The notes below the pieces were generated by a model. That model worked only from the letters and a program-made list of their open reading frames with translations. It searched no databases and was not told the origin of the DNA. This document shows, piece by piece, positions 36,729 to 47,146 of a DNA stretch of 64,000 nt. The DNA is from a virus. The stretch is taken from the IMG/VR virus record IMGVR_UViG_3300021430_000595; one strand, written 5' to 3'. Both the position numbers and the translations under genes were made by a program. Within the stretch, counting starts at the first letter, position 1, and each line of letters begins with the position of its first letter.

Positions 36729-38237
36729 ATGAAGAACTTAAATTTTAAAAAGATTTTTTTAGTGTTTTTTATTACAATTTTTTGTAATATTGGATTCGCA
36801 CAAGTATCAACGTACACATTTATTGACCCTTGCACAAAAGAGGTGACAAATTTTAGTGTACCATTACAAGGTGGGAAGACGATGATTATATTCTTAAATA
36901 AGATTGGTTATTTTGATGCCAACGATTTATCCAATGGTAGTTTTACTAATTGGGTGAATCAAGTTTATACTGTTTATAGACAAACAAATCCTTGTTCACA
37001 GCAACAAGGTCAAGTAACACAGAATCAAATAACGACTCAAATAATAAGTGGTACAATACAATCATTGGTTGGTTCCATTCTTGCAAATAACCAAGTACAA
37101 TCATCAAATACTGAAAGTGGTTCGGTAAATGCTGGTGGTAATGATGCTGGTGACAAAGACAATAAAAATTCGGATAAGAAAAAAAATAAATCTAAGTCAG
37201 ATGGAAATAACAATTCTTCAGGAGGTGTCACAAATGGTTCTACGAATCAAAATGGAGGACAACCCCAATCAAATTCAGGGACTACTAATCAAAATGGAGG
37301 AAGTGGTGACCAACAAGGAAGTGGAACTCCAACAAACAATACAACGACTCCAAGCACAGGTAACTCAACTACAGGGGGAGGTTCAACGACTCAGCCACCT
37401 GTAAATTCAAATACCAATACCTCAACAAATACTAATACCAATACTTCTACAACAAATGGTGGTGGTAAAACTGATGAAAAACCACCACAAAATAAAACAG
37501 AGGAGGTTGGTACGTCATTAACAATGAATGTTGATGCACACAATGATAATGGGGGTGGTAGTAATAGTGGGGGTAAAGGTAATGGTAGAGCAAATCCGGT
37601 TATTATATCTTCAGATATAACATCAGCACAAAACTTAGATAAAACATTTACTCCGATTATTAATATTGGAACTAGTAAATCATCAATGACAGGTTTATCA
37701 AGTTTTGGTGTGACGGGCATGGTATGGTTAAATTTTAATCAGTTTGCAGTTTCAGGTAGATACACTAAAATTCATTATAATAAATCTAAAAAATTAAAAT
37801 TTATCCATAATTTAAACTTAACGGGAGTTTATACTTATGGAAATTATTTAGGGTTTATTGGTTATAGTGGTATAATAAATGGTGGAAAATATGGTATAAC
37901 AGGTTTTAATGTTAGTGCAGCAGCAACTGTGATTTCAATGGAAAAAAGTGGTTATTATTCACCATCAATAACCGCATTTTATACAAGACCATTTAAGATT
38001 GGTAAAAAATTAATTGTGTCTCCTGAATTATATGTAATTTCAACACCATTAGTTTACTCAACAAAAGAAAAAGTCTCAATAACAGATAGATATATAAGTG
38101 GTTTTGTTGGAAGTGGATTTGATTATCAAATTTCAAAAAGATTCAAAGTGAATGTGAATTATAAAGCAAATTTGAGTACTAATCCCGATTTTCCGGTATT
38201 ATCATTTTTCTTGATTGGAAGTAAGGTTAATTTATGA
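36729..38237 (+). CDS. Secreted protein with low-complexity linker and probable C-terminal beta-barrel
   Basis: Signal peptide; G/N/T-rich linker; alternating beta strands. Confidence 0.55.
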   Translation: MKNLNFKKIFLVFFITIFCNIGFAQVSTYTFIDPCTKEVTNFSVPLQGGKTMIIFLNKIGYFDANDLSNGSFTNWVNQVYTVYRQTNPCSQQQGQVTQNQITTQIISGTIQSLVGSILANNQVQSSNTESGSVNAGGNDAGDKDNKNSDKKKNKSKSDGNNNSSGGVTNGSTNQNGGQPQSNSGTTNQNGGSGDQQGSGTPTNNTTTPSTGNSTTGGGSTTQPPVNSNTNTSTNTNTNTSTTNGGGKTDEKPPQNKTEEVGTSLTMNVDAHNDNGGGSNSGGKGNGRANPVIISSDITSAQNLDKTFTPIINIGTSKSSMTGLSSFGVTGMVWLNFNQFAVSGRYTKIHYNKSKKLKFIHNLNLTGVYTYGNYLGFIGYSGIINGGKYGITGFNVSAAATVISMEKSGYYSPSITAFYTRPFKIGKKLIVSPELYVISTPLVYSTKEKVSITDRYISGFVGSGFDYQISKRFKVNVNYKANLSTNPDFPVLSFFLIGSKVNL

Positions 38238-39988
38238 GAAAGTTATTTTTGATTTTAATTTTATTAATACCATTGATTGGTTTTTCACAATCGGTAAATT
38301 CACCGTCAGCATCTTCGTATGTACAGAATACAAGTAATCAATCCGCTAGTGGATTTTCTCTTTCAAGTTTTAATTCAAGTGCAACATTATTAGTTACAAT
38401 AGGTTTAGTAAATCCACCACCATCTGTTACGTTGTCTTTAACAACAACAAGTGGTTTGAGTTTAAGTACAGGTTATTCATCGTGGTCTAATTTTAAAAGA
38501 ATTAGTTTTACAGGTACGCAGACAAATATCAATAATGCATTATCTTCATTAAAAATAAATACGGGTTCATCGCCGGGTAATGTTTATATCGCGGTAACCG
38601 CAACAGAAAACCCTTCGGGATATTATTATCTTCCTTCAAACGGTCACTTTTATAGACCTATGAATTGGCCAACAGGTGCTAGTTATACGGGTACAAGTCC
38701 TTCGGTTTATACGAATATTTTGAGTTTAGCATCCTCACAATCATTTAAAGGTCAAACAGGTTATTTAGTAACTGTTACATCACAAGATGAACAAGATTTC
38801 GTTCAAGCGAATGTACCGGGTAGTAATATTTTAATTGCACTCTCAGATAGATTGCAAGAAGGTGTGTGGAAATGGGATGCCGGTCCTGAAAGTGGTACAA
38901 CAATAAAAACGTCTAATTCGGGTGGTAATGTATCGGGACAATATAATAATTGGTGCGGTGGCGAACCAAACAACTGGGGTTCAGGTGAAAATTATACAGT
39001 TACTAAATGGGGTGGTGGTAATTGTTGGAATGACTTTGGTCCACCCGCATCTTCATTTCCGGGTTCTGTTAGTGGTTATGTTATTGAATATGGTACATGG
39101 AGTGACCCATCTAATCAAACATTTACAGATTTTTATACGGGATTCGTTACCCACCAAATTACATGTACACCAACACAAACACCAAATTCCCCAACCGCAA
39201 TAAATGGTTCAAGAATGGGGACAGGTACAGTAACAATATCGGCAACTGTGGGTACAGGTCAAACTGTTGATTGGTATTCAAATTCAACAGGTGGTAATCC
39301 AATAGCGACTAATACAACATCATACACAACACCATCAATATCCACAACAACAAAGTACTACGCACAAGCAAGAAATATGACAACAGGTTGTTTAAGTAAC
39401 TCAAGAACCGAAGTTACAGCAACAGTTATGATAAATGAGAAAATAAGTGGAACAATAAAGATTCCTTCGGGTCTAACAAATAGACCTAAATTAAATCTTT
39501 ATATTGTTGAAGGTGGTGTTGAGACTTTAATCGAAACCGTTGTGGTAAATTCCGATGGTTCATTTATTTTAAATCCAACTAAACACAATTCAACCTATAA
39601 AATTGTGCCTGAATTTACAACATATACCTTAACATCATCTGATTTTGATAGTGTGTTTTTGGAATCACAAAATGAAAACACACCAAATAACATGCCGGTT
39701 GGTCAAGTATTAAATACAGGTTTAAAATTAAGAGCTGGTGATATTAATGAAGATGGTAAAATAACCATATCCGACGCTTTTCTTATTGGTGCAAACATAA
39801 CAGGTATGTTACCATTTAAAGAGATATTGTGGTTCAAATCTTCGGATTATGACTCTATAACCAAAAGTAACTTTAATACGGTAGTATCCTATGATTATTT
39901 TACCGTGAATTTAATCACATCATCAATCACCTTGAATATAAAATACCTAATTAAAGGTGATAGTGATTTGTCTTCTTCATCTAATTAA
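38234..39988 (+). CDS. Secreted C-type-lectin-like / Ig-like / dockerin-like protein
   Basis: GYLVTVTS..EGVWKW..WCGGEPNN..WND; GDINEDGKITISD. Confidence 0.7.
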   Translation: MRKLFLILILLIPLIGFSQSVNSPSASSYVQNTSNQSASGFSLSSFNSSATLLVTIGLVNPPPSVTLSLTTTSGLSLSTGYSSWSNFKRISFTGTQTNINNALSSLKINTGSSPGNVYIAVTATENPSGYYYLPSNGHFYRPMNWPTGASYTGTSPSVYTNILSLASSQSFKGQTGYLVTVTSQDEQDFVQANVPGSNILIALSDRLQEGVWKWDAGPESGTTIKTSNSGGNVSGQYNNWCGGEPNNWGSGENYTVTKWGGGNCWNDFGPPASSFPGSVSGYVIEYGTWSDPSNQTFTDFYTGFVTHQITCTPTQTPNSPTAINGSRMGTGTVTISATVGTGQTVDWYSNSTGGNPIATNTTSYTTPSISTTTKYYAQARNMTTGCLSNSRTEVTATVMINEKISGTIKIPSGLTNRPKLNLYIVEGGVETLIETVVVNSDGSFILNPTKHNSTYKIVPEFTTYTLTSSDFDSVFLESQNENTPNNMPVGQVLNTGLKLRAGDINEDGKITISDAFLIGANITGMLPFKEILWFKSSDYDSITKSNFNTVVSYDYFTVNLITSSITLNIKYLIKGDSDLSSSSN

Positions 39989-40328
39989 CTTGTACTAACT
40001 GAATTTTGTTGTACAATTCAGTAATTTCGGAACAAAACTCATACTCTTCAGATTCTTCAAAAAATGGTAAAATATCTCTAACCAACACAATTGATTCCTT
40101 TCTAGTAAATTTTAGTTCAGTTTCCCATTGTAATCTGTTTATTTTTGCTGAAAGAATTAATACTAAATTTTGTTTATCTTTTCTTTTAAGACTATTAAAA
40201 AGACTAACGATTGTTTTGTAAATTACTTCTTTATTGGATGAGTAAAAAGATGAAAAATCTTTATATTGTTCTTTGATTGTTAGTTTTTTAACTACAGTAT
40301 CTTTTGGTTTTTTGTTTTGGTCACTCAT
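39981..40328 (-). CDS. Hypothetical protein
   Basis: 115 aa; EEYEFC motif like 9495..9800. Confidence 0.55.
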   Translation of the reverse strand: MSDQNKKPKDTVVKKLTIKEQYKDFSSFYSSNKEVIYKTIVSLFNSLKRKDKQNLVLILSAKINRLQWETELKFTRKESIVLVRDILPFFEESEEYEFCSEITELYNKIQLVQVN

Positions 40329-40402
40329 TTAATTTGACTGTTTTTTTGATTTATACAAACATAATAAAAATAATGGAAGATAACAAATACCTTCCATTAA
40401 CT

Positions 40403-40825
40403 TTACACAGTATGTTCAATTTGTACTCTAACACAATTTTGAGGTAAATGATTAACATGTCTGTAGTTGTTAATATATCCCATGATGTTGGCACTACCAA
40501 TTGCATTTGCTGAATGTGTATAGACATCAACAACATTTTTTCCACTCATCCATCTCTCAACCAACCATTTTGCACAATCATAACCTGTTTTTTCGGTTAT
40601 ATTCTCATAGTTAAGTGTGTAGTTGTGATAAACATTTTTATGCCATTCCTTCATAGCACTATCACCCAAATCGTGGTCTAATGATATACACTCAATATTA
40701 TCTAAACCAATTTTACTTACTGTTTCTACGAACTCATCGTAATTGCGAACAACCACCCAACTTGGGTCAATTGGGGTTCTTACATCGTCAAGGTAGATAC
40801 GGTAAGTTTTTAAATTTTTTCCCAT
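40403..40825 (-). CDS. Cyclic-phosphate-processing receiver domain protein
   Basis: YLDDVRTP, SLDHDLG, TGYDCAKWL, HSAN. Confidence 0.8.
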   Translation of the reverse strand: MGKNLKTYRIYLDDVRTPIDPSWVVVRNYDEFVETVSKIGLDNIECISLDHDLGDSAMKEWHKNVYHNYTLNYENITEKTGYDCAKWLVERWMSGKNVVDVYTHSANAIGSANIMGYINNYRHVNHLPQNCVRVQIEHTV

Positions 40826-41583
40826 AACAAATTTTTAAATTTTTTTTCTTTTATTCCTTTATAGATTAACCCACATGACATGTTTAAACCGATAATTGCA
40901 TCCCCAATTGAATTAAAAATTGTTATATTGTTAGTTAGTAGACAAGTTACTTTTAATTCAATTGGTTTAACACCTCGTTTTTTTAATGGGGTTGGTTTGA
41001 AATCATTTTTTTCATTCTCATAACACCACAAAAAACCTAATGCCGAAGGTAACTTTTTTTTAAGACAATTTGTTATCGATGTGGTATAATTACTGTTTAA
41101 TGATTTTGCCGCTTCTTGTAAACTATTGTGAACCATAATAAAATTACCATCTTTATCGAACTGACATATTTTTTTATATTGTGATTCCTTTATTTTTTGG
41201 TTAGTGTCATTACTTCTCTTATGTCCCATGTGACTCACACTTAATTTTCTCTTAGTTTCGTCAGATAACTTAATTCCCAAATTACTATTAACAATTAATC
41301 TTTTGTTGTAACCATAATTGGGGTTGTTCGCATTAAGTGTTTCAATCCAATATTTCTCTTTTAACAATAATTCATTTATATTGGTGATTTCAATAATCTC
41401 ATATTGAAAATTTTCAATCCCATACATATTAAATGACGATTGTAAATGACTATTGTAATGTTTATTATTCTTTAATAGTCTTTTATGTGTTTTAAATCTA
41501 TTATTAATATTAATTGCACTACCAACATAAACTTTATTATTTTTTATGTTTGTAATTTTATACACCCCAATTATTTTTTTCAT
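40810..41583 (-). CDS. GIY-YIG homing endonuclease with NUMOD motifs
   Basis: GVYKITN..VYVGS; GYN; NUMOD3/NUMOD1-like C-terminus. Confidence 0.85.
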   Translation of the reverse strand: MKKIIGVYKITNIKNNKVYVGSAININNRFKTHKRLLKNNKHYNSHLQSSFNMYGIENFQYEIIEITNINELLLKEKYWIETLNANNPNYGYNKRLIVNSNLGIKLSDETKRKLSVSHMGHKRSNDTNQKIKESQYKKICQFDKDGNFIMVHNSLQEAAKSLNSNYTTSITNCLKKKLPSALGFLWCYENEKNDFKPTPLKKRGVKPIELKVTCLLTNNITIFNSIGDAIIGLNMSCGLIYKGIKEKKFKNLLWEKI

Positions 41584-41646
41584 AAAATTGTTTTATCATA
41601 AATATTAAAATTTAAGAAAAAAAAAACAATATCGTCTAAATATATT

Positions 41647-42717
41647 TTATACTTCATTTTTTTTAAAAGGTTTTGAGTATTTTGGGTAAAGTAATTTCCA
41701 TATTTGTTCTGAATATTCTTTACCGTCTAACATTGAAAATAAAATACCCGGATGTTTGTATTTTTTTGCATATTCTGCAAACACCGCTCTATTTTCAACA
41801 TTTGGTACTCTATTAATTATTTTGAATATCCATTTGTATTCGTTATCTAATGTCGCGTATTGAGTCAAAAAATTCTCCTTGGTTTCCCTAACCCAATTAT
41901 AGAATTCGTCCGGTACCTTTTCAATAATCTCATCCAAAGGTTTACCTTCTTTTAGGTATTCCCATATGTCACGATTAGAGATGTTGGTCAATATTCTATG
42001 TAAACGAACATACTCCTCAAACTTTATTTTCATTCTAAAATTTGATGGATAGAATCGTATAACGAACCCTTCTTTGTTTGGTGAGTTTAATTGTTTATAA
42101 ACATCAAACGTGTTCTTGTTGAAGGTTACCATTGAACTCTCAACTATATCCTCTTCTTTAATCTCTGACGAGTGAAAAATTGCACGTGCAGTACCCCAAT
42201 TTAACTCACCTTCTGAAGGTCTTGTAACTGTTAAGAATGTGATTTTCTCACAACCGTAATCGATTACAATCCTATTCTCGGGATAAATTATTTCACACAA
42301 ATATGTGAATTCCTTGTAGAATTTATCTAAATCATATTTTGATTTTAGAATTTGCATTCCACGTATAGACTGTTCGGAGGTAAATGAACCTCTGGTTGCC
42401 ATTATCCATTCCCCATCGTAGAAAAAAAGAATACCTAACGAACCGTCCATTTTATCTTGTATGTATGCATATTCACTATCCCACGGAATTAAGTTTTTAT
42501 CAATCACTTCTTCGTAATTGAAGAACTTACCGAATGGTTCTGCAACAATGTTTCCTTGACTGTCAGTTATAAGTCCGCGACAACGCATGGTAATATCATC
42601 CCACAAAGATTCATATTGAACTTTTGGTGAATAATTCCAAATCAATAGGTCTTTGGTTGGGTGGGATTGTTTTTGTAACAATCCATCTTCATGATATTTT
42701 ATTAATATTTCAATCAT
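41647..42717 (-). CDS. T4 Rnl1-like RNA ligase
   Basis: CRGLI, KFFN, KMDGSLG, TRGSF, EGFV, KIK. Confidence 0.88.
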   Translation of the reverse strand: MIEILIKYHEDGLLQKQSHPTKDLLIWNYSPKVQYESLWDDITMRCRGLITDSQGNIVAEPFGKFFNYEEVIDKNLIPWDSEYAYIQDKMDGSLGILFFYDGEWIMATRGSFTSEQSIRGMQILKSKYDLDKFYKEFTYLCEIIYPENRIVIDYGCEKITFLTVTRPSEGELNWGTARAIFHSSEIKEEDIVESSMVTFNKNTFDVYKQLNSPNKEGFVIRFYPSNFRMKIKFEEYVRLHRILTNISNRDIWEYLKEGKPLDEIIEKVPDEFYNWVRETKENFLTQYATLDNEYKWIFKIINRVPNVENRAVFAEYAKKYKHPGILFSMLDGKEYSEQIWKLLYPKYSKPFKKNEV

Positions 42718-42837
42718 AATTATTTTTTCGTTTCCAAACGAATCCACCACATTTTCTTGTTGGGTGATTTAATACGTTTCTTATCCCATTTATTTTTAAT
42801 TCGTCTTCCGCCATCACAGTCGTCCCCCATTCTTTTA

Positions 42838-43251
42838 TTACAAGGAAACGTCAAAACGATTTTTCATAATTTCTAACTTTTCGTCCGGTACTCCGTGAAC
42901 ATTATTACCGCCGTGTCTATTTTCAACAATAAGGGTATGTACACGATAACCGTATCTTTCTGCCATTTCAAAATATGGTTTCATTTCCCACTCTTGGGTA
43001 AATGTATTCGCAACCACAATCCTAATAACACCATTCATCATTAGGTTAGCACATCTTTGTTGACAGTCATTATGTGCTTCCTTTAATTTTTCAAAATCAA
43101 AGTTATATGTACCATCGGGCTTGGTGAAATAATCATCCGCAGACAATGGTTTTAGGTTGTTATTTGGTAGATATAAAATAACCTCACCTAATGTTGATTT
43201 ACCTGAACCCGGTAAACCCCTCAACAAAATTAAATCTTTTGGGAAATTCAT
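42838..43251 (-). CDS. P-loop polynucleotide-kinase-like (AAA_33) protein
   Basis: RGLPGSGKST, ADDYF, VANT, HGVP. Confidence 0.8.
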   Translation of the reverse strand: MNFPKDLILLRGLPGSGKSTLGEVILYLPNNNLKPLSADDYFTKPDGTYNFDFEKLKEAHNDCQQRCANLMMNGVIRIVVANTFTQEWEMKPYFEMAERYGYRVHTLIVENRHGGNNVHGVPDEKLEIMKNRFDVSL

Positions 43252-43437
43252 AATACTGGTATTTTTACAAATATACAATTTTTTTTCGACAGTTCAAAAA
43301 AAAAAATCCCCCAACGGTTTGTTGGGGGATGTGGTCATTTTTGTGGTTTCAAGGCCACAGACTAAAAACGTGAGGATATCGGCAAAGATGTCCTGTGTGA
43401 ATATAAATATATATGATTTTTAGAAAAGTGTAAATAT

Positions 43438-45456
43438 TTACCCCTTTTTCTTAAAAATTTTTATTTCACCGTCTTTGAACTTCAGATTTACACCTTCATT
43501 TTCTTTAATGTCATTACGAAGAATCGCATCACTTAGAAAATCTTCACAAAGATTTTGAATGATTCTTTTAATTGGTCTAGCACCAAAATCTTCTTGTGTA
43601 TTTAATTCTGAAATTCTCTCGACAATCGTTTTATCAAAAGAAATTTTGTAGTTCTTCTCTTTAAGTCTTGAAATTAGTTTATCCAATTCGATACCAATAA
43701 TCTTATGGATTGTTTCTTTATTTAAAGAATTGAAACTAATAATATCGTCAATTCTGTTTAAAAATTCGGGGTTGAAGTGTTGTTTAAGTGATTTTTGAAC
43801 TATAGATTTTTTAACCTCATAGTTTTGTGTGTCACTAAATGATGTGTTAAATCCAACACCTTTACCAAACTCAGATACTTTTTTAGCACCAATGTTTGAT
43901 GTCATAATCACAATTGTGTTTGTGAAGTTAATCTTTCTTCCAAAAGAATCTGTTAAATGTCCTTCATCTAAAATCTGTAGAAGGATGTTGAACACATCTT
44001 TATGTGCTTTTTCAACCTCATCAAATAGGACAACCGCAAATGGGTTATTTTTGATTTTTTCGGTTAATTGACCACCTTCGTCATAACCAACATAACCCGG
44101 AGGAGAACCGATTAATTTTGCAACATTGTGTTTCTCCATATATTCACTCATATCTACACGGATTACTTTTTCAGGGTCTCCAAATAACACCTCAGCAATT
44201 GTTTTTGCCAAGTAAGTTTTACCGACACCTGTTGAACCTAAGAAGATAAATGAACCAATTGGTTTGTTTGCATCTTTAATACCAACACGATTTCTTCTGA
44301 TTGATTTTGAAATGATTGAGATTGCTTCATCTTGACCAATTACCTTAGATTTTAATCTTTCCTCAAGTGCCAATAAGTTGTTAATCTCGTTACTGTCCAC
44401 TTTTGAAATTGGTACACCCGTCATTTGTGAAACAATTTCATAAACATCATTTACCGTAACAGGAACTTTATTATTCTTTTGAGATTCTAACCACTTCTTT
44501 TTCTCATCCTCAAGTTTAGTGGTGATTTTCCTTTCTTCATCTCTTAGTTTTGCAGCTTGCTCATAGTTCTGACTTTTAACAACTTGAATCTTTCTTTCTT
44601 TAATTTCGTCAGATTCTTTTTTAAGTTTTTCTATTGATTCAGGAATTTTTGTGTTGATTTTTTTATCAGAACCTAATTCGTCTAAAATGTCAATCGCCTT
44701 ATCAGGAAATTGTCTATCGGTGATGTATCTTGAAGATAGATTCACAATAGTTTCAGTGACACCATCTTCGTAATGTACTTTATGGAAACTCTCATATGAA
44801 CCTTTTAGATTGTTTAATATCTGTATGGTTTCATTTTTTGATGGTTCTTTTAAGACAATTTTTTGGAATCGTCTAACTAATGCGGCATCCTTTTCAATGT
44901 GTTTTTTAAACTCATCGAATGTTGTTGCTCCAATACATTGTATTTCACCTCTAGCCAATGCAGGTTTTAAAATATTTGCTGCGTCCATTGAACCACTAGC
45001 ATTACCCGCACCAACCATTGTGTGTATTTCATCTATAAAAACAATCACATTTGGTTCGTTTTGTAGTTCATTTAGAATTGCTTTAATTCTTTCTTCAAAC
45101 TGACCCCTGTACTTTGTACCGGCAACTAATGAGGTTAAATCTAAAGACATTATTCTTTTATCTAAAAGGTTTGATGGGCATTCACCTTTTACAATTAATA
45201 ATGCTAGTTTTTCAACCAATGCTGATTTACCAACACCAGCATCACCTACGATAACTACATTGTTCTTTTTCTTTCTTGATAGGATTTGTGCGATTCTCTT
45301 AACTTCAGAATCCCTACCAACAACGGGGTCAATTTTACCTTCCTCTGCTAATTTATTCAAGTCTCTTGAAAAATTATCAAGTATTGGAGTGGTTGAACCT
45401 TTTCTTGTCTTTTTTGGGTTTGATACTTGACCCTCTTCAAAAAAATCTACTGACAT
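43438..45456 (-). CDS. clpC: ClpC-like AAA+ ATPase lacking the N-terminal domain
   Basis: Walker A GDAGVGKS and GSTGVGKT; UVR-like middle domain; GSPPGYVGY. Confidence 0.88.
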   Translation of the reverse strand: MSVDFFEEGQVSNPKKTRKGSTTPILDNFSRDLNKLAEEGKIDPVVGRDSEVKRIAQILSRKKKNNVVIVGDAGVGKSALVEKLALLIVKGECPSNLLDKRIMSLDLTSLVAGTKYRGQFEERIKAILNELQNEPNVIVFIDEIHTMVGAGNASGSMDAANILKPALARGEIQCIGATTFDEFKKHIEKDAALVRRFQKIVLKEPSKNETIQILNNLKGSYESFHKVHYEDGVTETIVNLSSRYITDRQFPDKAIDILDELGSDKKINTKIPESIEKLKKESDEIKERKIQVVKSQNYEQAAKLRDEERKITTKLEDEKKKWLESQKNNKVPVTVNDVYEIVSQMTGVPISKVDSNEINNLLALEERLKSKVIGQDEAISIISKSIRRNRVGIKDANKPIGSFIFLGSTGVGKTYLAKTIAEVLFGDPEKVIRVDMSEYMEKHNVAKLIGSPPGYVGYDEGGQLTEKIKNNPFAVVLFDEVEKAHKDVFNILLQILDEGHLTDSFGRKINFTNTIVIMTSNIGAKKVSEFGKGVGFNTSFSDTQNYEVKKSIVQKSLKQHFNPEFLNRIDDIISFNSLNKETIHKIIGIELDKLISRLKEKNYKISFDKTIVERISELNTQEDFGARPIKRIIQNLCEDFLSDAILRNDIKENEGVNLKFKDGEIKIFKKKG

Positions 45457-45607
45457 GTTAAATTACTTTTTGTAAGTATACGGAAAATTATTTCAAAAAA
45501 CAAATAATAGACATTTTTTCAGTTGTATAAAGATATAACTGTCATATTGTCTATTTTTCTTATTTGGTGCATCATTTGATTATCCTTTTTTAAAAAAAGG
45601 ATTAACT

Positions 45608-45976
45608 ATGATAACAAGAAACAAGAACCTGTACAAAGATGTGTTAGACACATTCTTTGACTACCCATCTATCATGGGTGAAACTTCAACAAAAATAATC
45701 AAAGAGGATGGAGAATACCAAATTTATTTTGCCGTTCCCGGATTGACTAAAAATGATTTGACAATTTCGGTTAAAGATGGTTATCTCACGGTATCTCATA
45801 AAAAGGAGTTAAATGAAAAGAATCATTCCTTCGTTTCTTCATTTAAAAAGACATATCAACTACCTGATGATGTTGATGATAAACTAATCACGGGTAAAGT
45901 TGAAAATGGTGTACTAGAAATAAGACTCCCAAAAACAGAGAAAAAATCCTCAGAACGATTAATTTCCCTGAATTAA
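45608..45976 (+). CDS. Hsp20 small heat-shock protein
   Basis: VPGL, F.K.YQLP, ENGVLEIRLPK. Confidence 0.9.
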   Translation: MITRNKNLYKDVLDTFFDYPSIMGETSTKIIKEDGEYQIYFAVPGLTKNDLTISVKDGYLTVSHKKELNEKNHSFVSSFKKTYQLPDDVDDKLITGKVENGVLEIRLPKTEKKSSERLISLN

Positions 45977-46048
45977 ATCAAACCCCGAGTAATCGGGGTT
46001 TTTTATTTGATATTTATTATTTATATTATTCCAAATAAAAAAAACAAT

Positions 46049-46294
46049 ATGGGAATTATTTCTGAAAAAATTGAAGGTAAGATTATTGAAGTTCAAATTT
46101 CGTCTTCTAATCTTAAAGGTGCAAAATACAACACAGAAGATAAAAATCTTTTGGTGGAATTTAATAATGGTGCTATTTATGAGTATGAAGAAGTCCCTTG
46201 GGAGGTCTTCACTAAATTTAGAATGGCGGAATCACAGGGTAGTTTTTTTAGTAAAAACATGTCCAAAGCATACAAATACAAAAAGGTCAAATGA
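46049..46294 (+). CDS. KTSC domain protein
   Basis: SSNL..Y, LLVEFNNGAIYEYEEVP, AESQGSFF. Confidence 0.85.
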   Translation: MGIISEKIEGKIIEVQISSSNLKGAKYNTEDKNLLVEFNNGAIYEYEEVPWEVFTKFRMAESQGSFFSKNMSKAYKYKKVK

Positions 46295-47070
46295 GTATAA
46301 TAAGTGAACTTATTGAGGATATGAAAAAAGACAAAGAGATTATGAAATCCTTTGTCCCTAAAGATTCTTTATCTAAAGAAATTTTTGATAAGGATGGTGA
46401 TTCTTATGTTATAAAAGAAGAAATTAGAGAAAAATTACTTCAAATTACTAATGAGTTTTTATCTTTTTTGGGTATCGATTTTTTCATATACGATATACAT
46501 TTTACCGGTTCTTTAGCAAACTATAATTGGTCTAGTTATTCTGATTTAGACATACATATTATGGTTGATTTAGATGAATTTAGTAACGGTAAAGAAGATA
46601 GTTCTACATATAACGAAATAGTTAGGGAATTCTTTGAATTAAAAAAGAAAGCTTGGGCATCATCAAACGATATTAAAGTTAAAGGTTTTGAAGTTGAGTT
46701 TTATGTTCAGGATATTGACGATAAAGCGGTGTCAACAGGAGTTTACTCTATTCTTAATAATGAATGGGTTATAGAACCGGAAAGGGGTGAACACAACATA
46801 GACGAGGAAAAAATATTAAAAAAAGGTGAAGAATATGCAAAATCAATAGATGGTCTATTGAGTAAAGCGAAAGATGGTGAAGATGTGACAAAACAAGTTG
46901 ATGAACTAAAGAGTAAGTTAAAGAAGTTCAGACAATCGGGTTTAGAGAGTGGTGGTGAGTATTCTTATGAGAATCTAACTTTTAAATTATTAAGAAGAAA
47001 CGGGTATATTGAAAAATTGTTCAAGATAAAAACATTTGTGAGAAATAAGAAATTATCACTTCCACAATAA
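46291..47070 (+). CDS. Nucleotidyltransferase-fold protein
   Basis: TGSLANYNWS..SDLDIH. Confidence 0.7.
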   Translation: MSIISELIEDMKKDKEIMKSFVPKDSLSKEIFDKDGDSYVIKEEIREKLLQITNEFLSFLGIDFFIYDIHFTGSLANYNWSSYSDLDIHIMVDLDEFSNGKEDSSTYNEIVREFFELKKKAWASSNDIKVKGFEVEFYVQDIDDKAVSTGVYSILNNEWVIEPERGEHNIDEEKILKKGEEYAKSIDGLLSKAKDGEDVTKQVDELKSKLKKFRQSGLESGGEYSYENLTFKLLRRNGYIEKLFKIKTFVRNKKLSLPQ

Positions 47071-47146
47071 ATAACCCGAATTTTTTTCCATATATGCATG
47101 TATTTATAGGATACAAGAATAATATAATTATCAATATTTAAAAAAA

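Noticed and set aside
42713-42830. Short NUMOD1-like ORF (...RKCGGFVWK...)
   Set aside because: Probable homing-endonuclease remnant, too short to call functional
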